A stretch of 64,000 nt of DNA from Alphaproteobacteria bacterium (GCA_965214705.1 CBDCCI010000002.1:1632001-1696000); one strand, 5' to 3'; positions 49,622 through 60,664 are shown, counted from the stretch's first letter. A program made the numbers and translations. The notes: generated by a model not told the origin, from the sequence alone.

Positions 49622-49980
49622 GACCCGCCCTCCTCAACCCGCCCCGCCGCCTTCCAGCGGTTCGCAGCACCGGGATCGGTGAGCCGGTCGAGCATGCCCT
49701 CGCGCTCGATCCATTCGTCCACCGCGTCGCAGGCGTCCTCCCAGGCCGCACCGGCGCCCGCCCCGCGCAGCCGCCTCTCCTCCAGTCTGGACAGCACCAG
49801 CATCTCGCGCACCGCCCGGCGCAGGACTTCCGGCGGCAGCGGATCGCGATCGAGAGCGCGATGGATCACGAAGCGCGACAGGTCCATGCCGCTCGCCGCA
49901 GCCGCCCGGCCGATCCGCTCCCATTCCGCATCGGTCGCCATCACCGCGCGCTGGCGCCGTCCGCCGGCGTCCTCCCTCAT
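49618..49980 (-). CDS. RHH/MobC-like protein
   Basis: VMATDAEWERIGRAAAASGMDLSRFV. Confidence 0.65.
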   Translation of the reverse strand: MREDAGGRRQRAVMATDAEWERIGRAAAASGMDLSRFVIHRALDRDPLPPEVLRRAVREMLVLSRLEERRLRGAGAGAAWEDACDAVDEWIEREGMLDRLTDPGAANRWKAAGRVEEGGS

Positions 49981-50049
49981 CGTGGCCAGCCAGCCGCAGG
50001 GACCTGCTGCAACCGGGACACGTGGCTTCTTGAAGACGAGGAAGATGTC

Positions 50050-50345
50050 ACCAAAATCCTATGGCATTCCTCGTGAGCGATAGTATATGCCGCCAGTGTG
50101 TCCTCGCAGAGCCCCCCAATTCGTGATAAGAACCATACCAGCGCTCTACGCCAATATCAACAACCCACTTCCCCGCGTGCAACTCCTGAAAGACACAGGA
50201 CTTGCCAATGTGTTCTCCATCTCCGCCCAATCCGTCCTTGACAAGCGTCCTAACCCACTGGAGTATAAGCTATATACAGGAGGAAAGAGCAACCCTGCGT
50301 CACGGTTCGTTCGCTAACAGTTCGCGTTAGGTAGTGCACACCTTA
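50050..50345. promoter_or_regulatory. Candidate oriT / mob promoter region
   Basis: Lower-GC non-coding DNA upstream of the mob operon; short inverted repeats; GCGTTAGGT at 50324-50332. Confidence 0.35.
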
Positions 50346-50693
50346 ACCCGCTGACCGAACGGAATCGGTCCTGAGGGGTCTGGAGCGCCCTGGAGATTGA
50401 TCCAAAACGTTTGCCAAACCGGCAGAATCGCAGAGAGTTGCAAACGGAAAACGGCACCAACTCATTGAGTTAGAGCCGTTTTCGATGGTTGCAGGGGCTC
50501 GCAACCCCCGAGACCGACATTCGATCGAAATCCCGGTCTGATCCCGCGTAACCTTCTGAATTATAGCGGGTTCTTGTGCAACGGCATCATCTCATTTGCC
50601 GGGTAAGTCTGATCTTACCGCGCTCTCCTGTGCCGATCCAGTCCCGTAGACACTCCGCCAGGCGCCTCCTGCGCACACTTCTGTATCCGCTTC

Positions 50694-50960
50694 TCATCGA
50701 TGTCCTCGCTCCTCGCGCGCGCATGCATGTACGGCAGACGGAAGCAACAAGAGCTCACGAAGGTCGGCCATCATGGCCCGCAACCGGTCGCGCTGGCCCG
50801 CCGCCGGGGACTTCATTGCAGCGCCTCGGCGTAGACGCTGAGCGGTCGCCGTTCGACCTCTACGGTCACCGGCAAGCGTCGCCGTTCGGGTTCCGGCGCC
50901 CAGATAGCCCGCCGCGCGAACCTCGTCGAACAGCCGCAGCGCGGATCTTCCAGACAACCA
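50694..50960 (-). pseudogene. Internally deleted IS21-like remnant
   Basis: RLFDEVRAAGY resembles IstA; RDRLRAMMADL resembles an IstB start. Confidence 0.45.
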
Positions 50961-51136
50961 CTCAATCCCACAGCGAGCTTGGCTGACCAGCAGCGAAAGC
51001 GAACCGACTATCGTGTTCGATGCAGTCCTTGTTCTCGTCCCGAAACGATTCTGCCCAGGAGCCAGCCATTGTGACCGGTGACAGCCGTAATTTACTGCTG
51101 TAACTTACGGCTGTCACGATTAGGAAGCACCCGGCT

Positions 51137-52861
51137 ATGCCTTTCACAATCCCGGAGCTAGCTCGTGCCGTGGGCAAGACCGAGAACTATGTACGGCAGC
51201 ATGTGTTCCGCAAGCACCTGGTTGTGCAGAAGGATGGACGCCACGTTACCGTCACGCATGATGAGGCACTGCGTTGGGCACGTGAGCGTCAGCTCCCCTT
51301 TGAACCCCCAGCGAAAGCATGGGAACCAACCCAGACGGCAAGGAGCCGGGCCGCTCGGATGAGCGTACTGACCCTGCATCACCCGGCAACGAAGCCGTGC
51401 AACCTCTTGACGGTCGTACGCCACCGTCGCCAGGACGCACTCGGTCCCTGGTCGAACGACACGAGCAAGACCTGGACGAGCGAGGCTCTCGGACATGGGC
51501 TGCGGCTGTCTTCACTCGATGCCCCTCTGGAACACTGCCAAGCACTGGTTGACGGCATCCTCGATTCTGCAACGCTCGTGACCGACGATGAACAAATTCA
51601 CTATGCCGTAGAACGAACTCCCCGGCATCGCCGCGCATTTCGCGATGAGCGAGGGCTCGCCGACGCCTCCATGACCAGCCCGTTCTCACGCTACAGCGCG
51701 GAAGTTGTCGAGTACTGGAGCCGTTCAGCCGAACCTCGCCGGCACTGGCTGAACTTGCTCGATTCTCTTCCCGGACCCACGCCCTTCCCCCTCTCTCGTC
51801 TGGGCATTCCGCTTGACCGCCTCTCCGACCGCGTTGGAAACATCATGATCGCCGGGGCCGAGGATGAAGTCGCCTGCGATCTGGCAGTGGGAAACGGCCG
51901 GACGCTCAGACTCCATGTCGATGCCGAACCACTTCTACCAGGCGCCTATCGCGCCATGGTCTGGGCCAGTTACGCCGGAGACGAGGTGCTTCGAAAAGAA
52001 GTCACCGTTACACAGCGCCTGACGACGATTCAGCTCGAATCCGATGTTGATCACATTGGCTTCGCCATCTTCCGGACCTCTGACGGACAATGCCTCGACC
52101 TCATGGAGGCGCCCCTGTGGTTGCGCATCGGTGGCCGAATAAGAGTCAATTCCGCTTCGACCCTGCGGTTCAGTGATCGCCAAGGCCGCGTGTACCACGA
52201 AGTGAATCCGCCTGGCCCCTCCACAGAGATCGACGTTTGTCTTGACGACGAACGCTGCGAACTTGACAAGGAAATCAGGCGACGATGGCTTGACCGGCGG
52301 GTTCGTGAACGAGAGGCTGCCGCGCGCAGGGAACGCAACTTGGCGCGCTTCCTGCCCCCTAACCTTGACGACGCGGTCGGCTACCTCGTCGAGCTTCTGC
52401 GCCACGACGCAGACCAAAAGACACCGATCTATCTCGCTGACCCCTATTTCGAGACGCTATTGCCGAGCGACGCCCGGAGGCACCAGGTCCTCAGAAAGAT
52501 CTACCTCGACATATTCGCAGCCACCGCTGGCACCCCGCTGCGGATACTGTGCGCAAAGAAGAAGCCGGCGCAAGGCGAGCCACCGCCATGGTGGTCCGCA
52601 TGTCCCGAACAGATAACGGCCCATGTCCGTGTCCGCTCATTCCGCAGCCAGGACGGCAGGACAGACGGATTTCACGACCGCTTCCTGATTACGCCCCGGC
52701 GCGAGTTCATCATCAGCCACTCGTTCAACGGCTGGCACAATCACGGCGTTACTTTCGTAAGCCTTCCTTACAATGTGTACCGCGCCGAAGCGGAGCAGCT
52801 CTGGTCGATGGACGTCGGATCCCCGACTGCCGACCTCCTGGTCTCCGAGATCGGACAATGA
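51137..52861 (+). CDS. Uncharacterised protein: N-terminal HTH, C-terminal PLD-like domain (VPA1262-like)
   Basis: FTIPELARAVGKTENYVR; YLADPYF...FHDRFLI...SHSFNG. Confidence 0.7.
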   Translation: MPFTIPELARAVGKTENYVRQHVFRKHLVVQKDGRHVTVTHDEALRWARERQLPFEPPAKAWEPTQTARSRAARMSVLTLHHPATKPCNLLTVVRHRRQDALGPWSNDTSKTWTSEALGHGLRLSSLDAPLEHCQALVDGILDSATLVTDDEQIHYAVERTPRHRRAFRDERGLADASMTSPFSRYSAEVVEYWSRSAEPRRHWLNLLDSLPGPTPFPLSRLGIPLDRLSDRVGNIMIAGAEDEVACDLAVGNGRTLRLHVDAEPLLPGAYRAMVWASYAGDEVLRKEVTVTQRLTTIQLESDVDHIGFAIFRTSDGQCLDLMEAPLWLRIGGRIRVNSASTLRFSDRQGRVYHEVNPPGPSTEIDVCLDDERCELDKEIRRRWLDRRVREREAAARRERNLARFLPPNLDDAVGYLVELLRHDADQKTPIYLADPYFETLLPSDARRHQVLRKIYLDIFAATAGTPLRILCAKKKPAQGEPPPWWSACPEQITAHVRVRSFRSQDGRTDGFHDRFLITPRREFIISHSFNGWHNHGVTFVSLPYNVYRAEAEQLWSMDVGSPTADLLVSEIGQ

Positions 52862-55002
52862 CCACCCAAGCCGTGCAGCCGCCATCACTGACCGAGGACG
52901 CCAGGGCCGTTGTCTGGCAGATCTTCAGCGACGGCGCATCACCGCATACCCGGCGATCACCTTACGATGCGATCGAGCCGGTCATCAGCAAGCGCCTATC
53001 TTCCACTGATGCAGCCCCGTCCATCGCTGCGATACGTGAGTGGTTCGACTCTTACGACGATCAACGCTGGCTCAAGTCTGACATGCGAGAAGCGGTTGCC
53101 CACATGATTCTCGAAGGTGTGGGGACCCCGTGCAGAGAGGCGGAGGTCTGGGCCGTCGGGTCGATCGATGCCGAGGTGGCAATTCCACTCGTACGCTCCG
53201 TCTGGTCTTGCGAGCAAATCGACTCCCTTGTGGAAGCCGCGCTCGATGCCCTGGAGCAGCTCTGCAATCGCGACAACGTGCTCGATGCGTCCCGTCTCGT
53301 GAGGTCCCATTCCGCCCACTCCAGGATTGCGAGGCAGGACATAGAACGCAAAGGGCGGCTGGAGACCTTCAGCCAACTCGAGAGCCATGGTCTGGACCTG
53401 GTTCACCAAGCGCTGCACCCAGCGGCCGGCAATCTGCTCGCTCTCGTCGTCGACCTGCGACCCGAAGGGTTCGAATCGATGGTCGAGAGACTCGACCATC
53501 CCGTGGTGCAGGCGCGTGCCGCCCACCACATGGTTGCCGCAACCCGCCTTTCAGATCACCGCATCACCCTCCGATGGATAGCCCATGGTTCCTGCGATGG
53601 CTTGATAGCGCTGGCGATCGTGAACACTCTGAATACCGTCAACAGGCTGGACAGCGCTATCCGGCTTGCGGATCGCGCGGATTCCGATCGATACCCTCCA
53701 AACACCAATCCCCGTCCCCACCACGGCGACCTCGATACTGCCGCCGCAAGCCTGCTCGAAGGCCTAGTCGACCGGCTGGCCGTACTCGATCCTCCCGCCT
53801 GTGCCCGTTGGATCGGCGAACTGCTCAGCGGTGCCACCTTCGTGCTGAACCGACACCAGGACCACGAGATACCGCGCCGCGTCGCCCAACTCGAGAAGGC
53901 GTGCACCGACTTGTGTGTGCGCCTCTTTCGAACGTCATGGTCCGACAATCTGCTGCCCGAACTCATTGCCGGACTCAGTCATACGCCGCGCATGAGCTGG
54001 ACCCGACACCTAGGCGAGATTGCCTGGGAGCTACGCGATTTAGAGCCCGTACGGGCAGCCGAGATTTCCAGAACCGCGTTCGTTGAGCACGAGCGACAGA
54101 TCGCAGCGGAGTTGGAGCGCGGCCATGTATTCTTGGAGTGGCAAGATTGGGACCACCCTGAGTGGCTCACCTGCCTCGGCATTGCCCTTGCCATCTCCTG
54201 CAAGGATATCGACCTTGCGCACTGGGTCAGGACCCGGTGCCACGATTTGCCGTTAAGTGTCTGGGACGCAGAGGAGGACTTCAGCGCATTCAGCTCCGCC
54301 GATCGCGTCGTCCAGCACCGGTTCCTCGTCGCCCTCCACGCGATTCCGATACTGAAGGAACTCGGGCGCCCTGCCGATCCTGCTGCGGTCCTCGCTCTTG
54401 CAGAAACTCTCTGGGCCCACTGCAGTTTTGCGGCAAGCCGCCTCAACGGCGGTGCCGACGCGTCCATCGCGGCGGAGTACGCCGCTCGCTATGCCGTCGA
54501 ATATGGTGCACCGTCCGACGCGTGGTTGTTGGACCGGGTATGCGATCCCCAGGTCCCACCGCGATCTCTGTGGGGGCTGATCAACCAGCGTAACAAGAAA
54601 AACAACCGCGCAGGGGGCAATGATGCTGCCGACGACGATTTTGTCGTGGATGAGTTGGCGCGCATTGCCTCCGACCGTTTCGGCGATGGATCGGAATTCA
54701 ATCTCCAAGCCCTGCACTTCTGGGGTTTGCTATGGCTCCTTCTCGGCGCAACCGACGAGGCTGAAAAGACTGCCACGGCCATACTTGCTTTCCCGTTGAG
54801 ACCGCACGAACGCGCCTACAAGATTCTGGCACTGAAATTGCTAGCTAGGGTGTCCAGATCAAGGAGTCTGCCCCCAACGCTAGTCGAATTTACCGCTTCC
54901 GTCTACAGACAACTCTGGCCGGGCTACACGCCCCACGAAGAGCGCTCGGACCGCCAGTACATCGACGAGATGCTGGAACAATCTATGTCCCGCATTCTTT
55001 GA
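52858..55002 (+). CDS. Uncharacterised 714-aa, probably helical protein
   Basis: Long ORF with ATGA overlap to the upstream gene; no motif recognised. Confidence 0.75.
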   Translation: MTTQAVQPPSLTEDARAVVWQIFSDGASPHTRRSPYDAIEPVISKRLSSTDAAPSIAAIREWFDSYDDQRWLKSDMREAVAHMILEGVGTPCREAEVWAVGSIDAEVAIPLVRSVWSCEQIDSLVEAALDALEQLCNRDNVLDASRLVRSHSAHSRIARQDIERKGRLETFSQLESHGLDLVHQALHPAAGNLLALVVDLRPEGFESMVERLDHPVVQARAAHHMVAATRLSDHRITLRWIAHGSCDGLIALAIVNTLNTVNRLDSAIRLADRADSDRYPPNTNPRPHHGDLDTAAASLLEGLVDRLAVLDPPACARWIGELLSGATFVLNRHQDHEIPRRVAQLEKACTDLCVRLFRTSWSDNLLPELIAGLSHTPRMSWTRHLGEIAWELRDLEPVRAAEISRTAFVEHERQIAAELERGHVFLEWQDWDHPEWLTCLGIALAISCKDIDLAHWVRTRCHDLPLSVWDAEEDFSAFSSADRVVQHRFLVALHAIPILKELGRPADPAAVLALAETLWAHCSFAASRLNGGADASIAAEYAARYAVEYGAPSDAWLLDRVCDPQVPPRSLWGLINQRNKKNNRAGGNDAADDDFVVDELARIASDRFGDGSEFNLQALHFWGLLWLLLGATDEAEKTATAILAFPLRPHERAYKILALKLLARVSRSRSLPPTLVEFTASVYRQLWPGYTPHEERSDRQYIDEMLEQSMSRIL

Positions 55003-55349
55003 GTCAAACTCGCTGCAACCTCGAAGCTGAAAGACAATCAAGTTGGACGAAGCGGGTATCCGGTTTCGACCAGCCTCGTCAGCTGCTCTGCAACCGGCCT
55101 ATTCCACCCGTCGCCGCGCGTGGCTCACCTGCGCCGTCTGCCGTTGAGTCAGACAGACCTGTATCCCGGGTTTGACAGCACATAGATACGCTTCGTGCCT
55201 TGCTGAAAAATGGAAAGTTTCCAAGTTGGGAGGAGTTGATTCTCTCGCCGTAGCAGACAAATTGGAATGCTGCAAAGAACCGGTGGACGTGACAGGTTCG
55301 GCGATGCCGGCTTGGCGACCAACGGCAGCGCTATCGCATCTATGTCTGC

Positions 55350-55470
55350 TAACTGACCGCTATCGAACAGCACAACGCCAACCCCATCCCCTTCGTCAGT
55401 ACAGCCACCGACGGGGCAATCATCGAAAAAGTCACCCGTGGAAGTCAAGCATTGGAATCTCGGCACTCGC
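55350..55470 (+). pseudogene. IS630 3'-end remnant
   Basis: IEQHNANPIPFVSTATDGAIIEKVTRGSQALESRH resembles IS630 C-termini. Confidence 0.55.
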
Positions 55471-55499
55471 GACAGCAATTTCTTCGTCAGAAGAACGGT

Positions 55500-56290
55500 T
55501 CCTCCAGAAGCTCAGATTGGCGCACTTCAAAAGAATATCCAAACTCTTCTATTGCGCCGGATACAACGTCGGGAAACCACAATGGTGCAAAGGGAGATAT
55601 GGTCACATCGTTGATTAAGAACCATTAGGTCACAGGTCAATGTTTTTCCTTTCACCGGATTTTTATGTTCGTTTTGCAGAGTTACCCTAACCTCGCATTC
55701 ATGACTGAGCGATCGGCGTTTACAGAAAATGCGTTCATTTTGAATCGTCGCAAAAGAGTGTCGGAAATCCAAGTAATGGACCCGCCCTACAAATGCACTG
55801 GCATCTCGTGCGGTCGCTTCCCAAAGCTGGTCTACGGTCGTTCGAATCGCAACTCTCGGTGTTGGAGAAGGACAGTAGAGCCGCCAAAGAGCTTCAGACT
55901 CCGTATCATTATCATGCCAACAGCTGACTAGCAAACTCCGTGCACGCGATGACCCAGCTTTAAGTTGCTCAAGCAGTTTATTGGCCTCGCTCTCGATCCT
56001 CTCTTCTGACCAGTCCGGATGCGAGAACCCTGGAGGTGGCGTCACTACTATTTAACGGAAATAGCTGAGATAAAACTCATCCCAGTCTAGCTCTCGGCGT
56101 GCTAGCCCAATCGCACCCTCGAATTGATCTTCGAGTCCATGGACGCTCGGCAAATAAAGCCCTCTCTGCTGTAACATTGCGACGAACTTGGCGAATTCCA
56201 TATAACGCCAAACCCACTGATTGTCCTCGACTGATAAGTCTTATGTACCGGTCCAAAATACCGGAATTGCTAGCTCCTCGAGTTGATGGG
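55500..56290 (-). pseudogene. DUF2971-like gene, frameshifted
   Basis: VSCWH...ESEALWRLY, GRVHY, KRRSLSHECEVR; low GC; broken N- and C-termini. Confidence 0.65.
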
Positions 56291-56593
56291 CGCAGCAGGC
56301 ACCGACCAATAATGATCTGCCACCGGCCTCATATCCCGCAAAAGCAGGACGTCCCTTGGGGATCTTATGGTTGCAGGAAACGCACCGATTCCACTGTTGA
56401 GTCATCACACGGCGCAACCCGGGAGTGATATGAGCAGTGGACTTCAGGCGGTCGAAGACTGCCAGATCTTCTGGCTGAATATCTATCTCAGAAATTGTTC
56501 AACCTCCTACAGCCGCTTGTATGACCACATCCGCCTCAGCGAGGGCTTGCCCGGGGGCGTGTTTTGTCGCGGCACAACTCGTCGACGCCGGCC

Positions 56594-56820
56594 TCAACGT
56601 AGCGCGCGCCAACGTCGTGTGGTCGGCTTGCTCACCCCCAAGCAACGCCGAATTTCATCCGTGTCGACGCCGGCCAAGGCCAATATCTGCGCCCGCCGGG
56701 CATGTTTCTGCGACGTATTGCCGTTGGAAATCAAGGCCCTCAGCCGCTCCCGATCCCCGGGAACCAGCTGAATCCTCACCATCTTGCCCACACACGCACA
56801 CTCATATCAAATCCACCGGA
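56594..56820 (-). pseudogene. IS630 5' remnant
   Basis: DRERLRALISNGNTSQKHARRAQIL...GVSKPTTRRW. Confidence 0.65.
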
Positions 56821-56871
56821 TCGGAAACTTTTGTTTCCCGCAACGGCGCGGACCGATCTCCAGCACCGCAC

Positions 56872-57903
56872 TCAATCGCCTTGGTCTTCCCGCGCGTTTG
56901 CCCTGGCTTCGATGCCGGCGCAGCGCTCCATCAGGCGCCCGAAGGGCTCGTCGACATCGATCAGCATGCCGTCGGTCAACATTCTGCCGTAGTCGTCGGC
57001 CAGGACATCGAAGGCCGGGCCTGACGGGATCAGCTGCAGTCCGCCGCCGATTGCGTCGTGGTAGTCGATTTCGTTGCCGGCCGCGTCCTTCTCCCGGAAA
57101 AACATCGCCTTGTGGCGTGCCACGGAACGGGCGATCGCACCGTTCGCGAGAGCACGGGCCGCAACGCCGGCATCGTCGAGCCGCGCTAGGTCGTGCCAGT
57201 GGCGGGACAGGCGCTCGCCGCGTTTCCTCTCCTGTCGGCAGAAGACATGGATGGCGGTGGCTTTCTCCCAGAACGTCCGCTCGGCCAGCATGACGGACGG
57301 TCGAGCCTCCGGAAACAGAAGATCGGGCAACAACGGGGCCGCGTCGCATTCGACCAGCCGGACGACCCGGGGTTCGCCCGTCGAGCGCGCCCCGAACTCC
57401 ACCGTGACTTCCGGACGCACGAAGGCGTAGTCGTCGAACAGCGGTTCATAGACGATGCGCAGGCGCTCCGCATCTGCCCTTACCTGGGGCTTGAAACCGT
57501 CGCGGCGAAGGTGCGCTTCAACCGACGGCGTGGCCTCGTCGACGACCCAGGCGTCGAGACGGGCCCGGATCGCCTTAGTCCAGCGGCGCTCCTGGCTGCG
57601 CGTGGGCGGCAGCGCCTCGGCCCCGGCATCGGCGACCAGGTCGGGGGCGAAGGCCCGGATGTCATAAGTGATGTCGACGTCTTCGGAGAAGCGGCGGATC
57701 GCGCGGTATGCCTTCGACAGCGAGGTTCCGCCCTTGAACGCGAGGCCCTTGCCGAAGGGCGCATCGAACAGGGCGTGGAGCGTTGCGACGACCCAGATGT
57801 CCTTCTCGAGCAGGAACGCACGGTGCGGGCTGCCGGCTTCGGCAACGCGCAGGGCATCGCGCCGGTCGGCGGCGGAGAGCGACCGATACGGCGTCTCAGC
57901 CAT
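56872..57903 (-). CDS. AbiEii-family nucleotidyltransferase toxin (type IV TA)
   Basis: LEKDIWV, FKGGTSLSK, RFSEDVD, RTFWEK, SRHWHD. Confidence 0.92.
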   Translation of the reverse strand: MAETPYRSLSAADRRDALRVAEAGSPHRAFLLEKDIWVVATLHALFDAPFGKGLAFKGGTSLSKAYRAIRRFSEDVDITYDIRAFAPDLVADAGAEALPPTRSQERRWTKAIRARLDAWVVDEATPSVEAHLRRDGFKPQVRADAERLRIVYEPLFDDYAFVRPEVTVEFGARSTGEPRVVRLVECDAAPLLPDLLFPEARPSVMLAERTFWEKATAIHVFCRQERKRGERLSRHWHDLARLDDAGVAARALANGAIARSVARHKAMFFREKDAAGNEIDYHDAIGGGLQLIPSGPAFDVLADDYGRMLTDGMLIDVDEPFGRLMERCAGIEARANAREDQGD

Positions 57904-58492
57904 GGGAGAGGCGCGCGCTGATCGGTTCCGCCATCCAGATGGGCATGATCGCCCGCGCGGCGGCGAGCTCGTCGACTTCAGCACCGGAGAGCCGGGGCAG
58001 GAGCGCCTCGAGACCCTCCTCGACCTCGAGCGGGCCGAGCCAGGCAAGAGCGCGAATGACCTCGCCCGCCTTGCGGCGCGGCGCCGCCAGTTGCCAGCGG
58101 GGAGCGTGACGCAGTTCGACCGTGACGCGCCCGAAATGGAGCCGACGGCTGCGGCCCGAGGTGAGATACACCGCGCGGACGGGATTCTGAGCGGTCAGGC
58201 CCAGCCGGTTGGCCGCGGAGCCGCCGCAGGGGACGATGATCTCGCCCCAGAGCTCGGAGAGCGCTTCGAGCGCCTTGCCGATGCGCGGCGGACACGGACC
58301 GAAGCGCGTCTCGACGGGGCGCATGTAGACGCCCTGGCAGATGCGCATCAACCGTCCGGCGCGAGCGAGGCGCGCCAGCGCCTGGTCCACCGCCGCACGC
58401 TTGCCCAGGTGAAGGAGGGCGGCCGGACAGATCGGGGTCGCCTCGGGAAGGCCAGAGGCGTGCTCCATGATGCGTTTCGGAAGGCTGGGCAT
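57896..58492 (-). CDS. AbiEi-type antitoxin, DUF6088-like
   Basis: RAAVDQALARL...RICQGVY, AANRLGLTAQNP; overlaps the toxin start. Confidence 0.88.
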   Translation of the reverse strand: MPSLPKRIMEHASGLPEATPICPAALLHLGKRAAVDQALARLARAGRLMRICQGVYMRPVETRFGPCPPRIGKALEALSELWGEIIVPCGGSAANRLGLTAQNPVRAVYLTSGRSRRLHFGRVTVELRHAPRWQLAAPRRKAGEVIRALAWLGPLEVEEGLEALLPRLSGAEVDELAAARAIMPIWMAEPISARLSHG

Positions 58493-58689
58493 GGCTCTGT
58501 CCCGTAAGTCTGTCAGAAATATAGGTGTGAAAACGCCATTTCGCAACGTAGGTTCGGGGTGAGGCTCTCCGACGTGAACACCGGTTACGGAGAGCCGTTC
58601 CGCCACGGGCCCGGCGGGAGATCCTGCGGCTGACCCGTATCGACGACATCATCCGGCAGCGCCGCACCATCTATGCGGAGGCCGCACGA

Positions 58690-58831
58690 GGACTCTGCTT
58701 CTCGACATAACCTGTCGCGACCGCTTTGCGGTGAATTCCGCGAGTATTCGCTGGAGCGCCTTCTACGCCTCCTGATAGCACTCCGCTGCGATATCGACGT
58801 CGTCATCCGACCTTCGGTTTCAAACACCTGA
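58690..58831 (+). pseudogene. XRE/HigA-like antitoxin remnant
   Basis: GEFREYSLERLLRLLIALRCDIDVVIRP. Confidence 0.5.
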
Positions 58832-58903
58832 GGATCGCTACGCATCTCCCCGCCCGAACTCGACTGAGGACGACACCGATGCGTTCACGACGGGGATGCC
58901 GCG

Positions 58904-60209
58904 TTAGTGCGCGAGAGGGTCTTCATGGTCTTCCGTATCCTGCAGACTTCGGGTTTTTTCTCTGAATTCCGCGAGCGCAGCCTCGTAGCGTTGCCTTGCG
59001 TTCCCAGAATTGGAGATCACTGCCAATTGGGACAGCTGCCCGGATTGGGCACTCCCGTAGATCATTCCGAGCGCGTCACCTGGGGAATACGCACCCGGTG
59101 CGAAGGAGTCGTCGAAGGGGTGTAGTTCTCGTATGGCAATCGTAAGCCATTGATACAACGCGGTTCATGGGTCGAGGCAAACAGGCGAAATCGTAGTTTC
59201 GTGACAATCGCCCGTTCCAGGGCAGGATTTTGTCACGACATTGGGCGTCACCGGGAGGTGAGGATGCTCCGCACCGCAGGAACTCATGGATCAAGCCGAG
59301 TCAATCATCGCCATACGAGAACTACACCCCGTCGAAGAGCGCCCTGAACAAGTAACTCGGCAAGTCAAGACTCTCTTGTAGAACGGCCGTCCGGGACGGT
59401 GGCGCACGAACCTTGGATACTGGCTTGACCAGAGGTGGGAGCGGCCATTCGATCTTCTTGGTGCTGTTTTCGTAAAACACATAAGCTGAGGCACATGGGT
59501 TTTGAGACAGCAGATCGTACTGGAAACCCCGAGTGGCGTGCTTCTGCGATACATCCGCATTTGGCCGAACATATCTCTTGGCTTGAAATATCAATGGAAC
59601 AATCCTGACACTTGGGGAACTATCCTGCCCACCTGATTGAGATTTTTTTTCGTCGAACTCCAGAATTAATCCAAAATCGCCTCCTGTTTCCTGTTCACCT
59701 CCAAGAATCGACAGGTCAATACGTTCGAGAGACAAAATTGCTTCTGCACGGTCCAGCGGTGCAGCCGCTATCTTCCTCCATTCCTCGCACTGCCTGGAAA
59801 TCTCAGCAAAAAGCATTCCAGTGAGCTGACCCTCTTCAGTGGGGCTTGAACAGTAATCCAACTGAAAATTGACTGAGCTTTCGTGCAGAGCGAGATAAAA
59901 GCACCAAGTAATGACGCTCCGGTGCATCACTGGATCCACAAGAACGTGCCGCAGAACTCCTTCAAGGGATCGCAACGCTTCGGGACCATCCCGCCAGAGA
60001 CCAACAAGACTAGCCTGACCAACCTCAGAAAATGACTCCAACCATTTCGAGACTAACGTCTCGCGAATCCGTTCACTTATGTCAGGCGACGCATGGTTAA
60101 GGATTTGGCGAGATAGAATCGACTTCTCGGAGTTGATTGCTTTTTCCGCAACGGACCTCAGGTCGACGGCCTCATCGACTGTTAATCCGAATTCGTCGAC
60201 AAATGACAT
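58904..60209 (-). pseudogene. PD-(D/E)XK-like nuclease gene interrupted by a MITE (361 aa when restored)
   Basis: EEGQLT...EQETGGDFGL...FQAKR; in-frame join ALFD|DSFAPG. Confidence 0.65.
59117..59330. mobile_element. MITE-C (about 214 bp)
   Basis: TIR GGGGTGTAGTTCTCGTATGGC; duplication GTCGAA, or CGTCGAAG if the ends are GGG. Confidence 0.88.
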
Positions 60210-60439
60210 ATCAGGTCAGGCTTCTACTTCGCCAAGGTTCTCAAGGTCATTGTTTCTTCCACCCATCATACTCCCACGCGTTCGTTCCTTCGCGAACGGG
60301 GCCTCCCACATCTCGCTGTATCACTCCTCACGCTCCGCCCGGCCCAAGATGATCAAGCGGGCGTTTGCACGCAAGATTGACTCTCCGTTTGAAGTGAAGT
60401 AGAGTAATGTCACTCGCTCCTACGCATATTGGAACCGCC

Positions 60440-60664
60440 ATGCCCCAACAGGTGACAGCGCGATTGCCGGACCCGGTGGTCGATGCGCTGGATGCGGCCG
60501 CACAGCAGCTCCGTCGCAGCCGCGCGGACGTGATCCGCCTCGCCGTCGAGCACTACCTCGAAGACTTCGACGATCTCTCCACCGCCATCGACCGGCTCCG
60601 CGATCCCACGGATCCGGTGCTGGACTGGGACGAGGTCCGGCGTGAGCTTCTCGATACAGATTAA
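60440..60664 (+). CDS. RHH antitoxin, RelB-like
   Basis: VTARLP...RSRADVIRLAVEHYLED; acidic C-terminus; overlaps the toxin. Confidence 0.85.
   Translation: MPQQVTARLPDPVVDALDAAAQQLRRSRADVIRLAVEHYLEDFDDLSTAIDRLRDPTDPVLDWDEVRRELLDTD

Noticed and set aside
50485-50540. Possible tRNA gene on the - strand
   Set aside because: Only a short 3'-end-like match; no cloverleaf.
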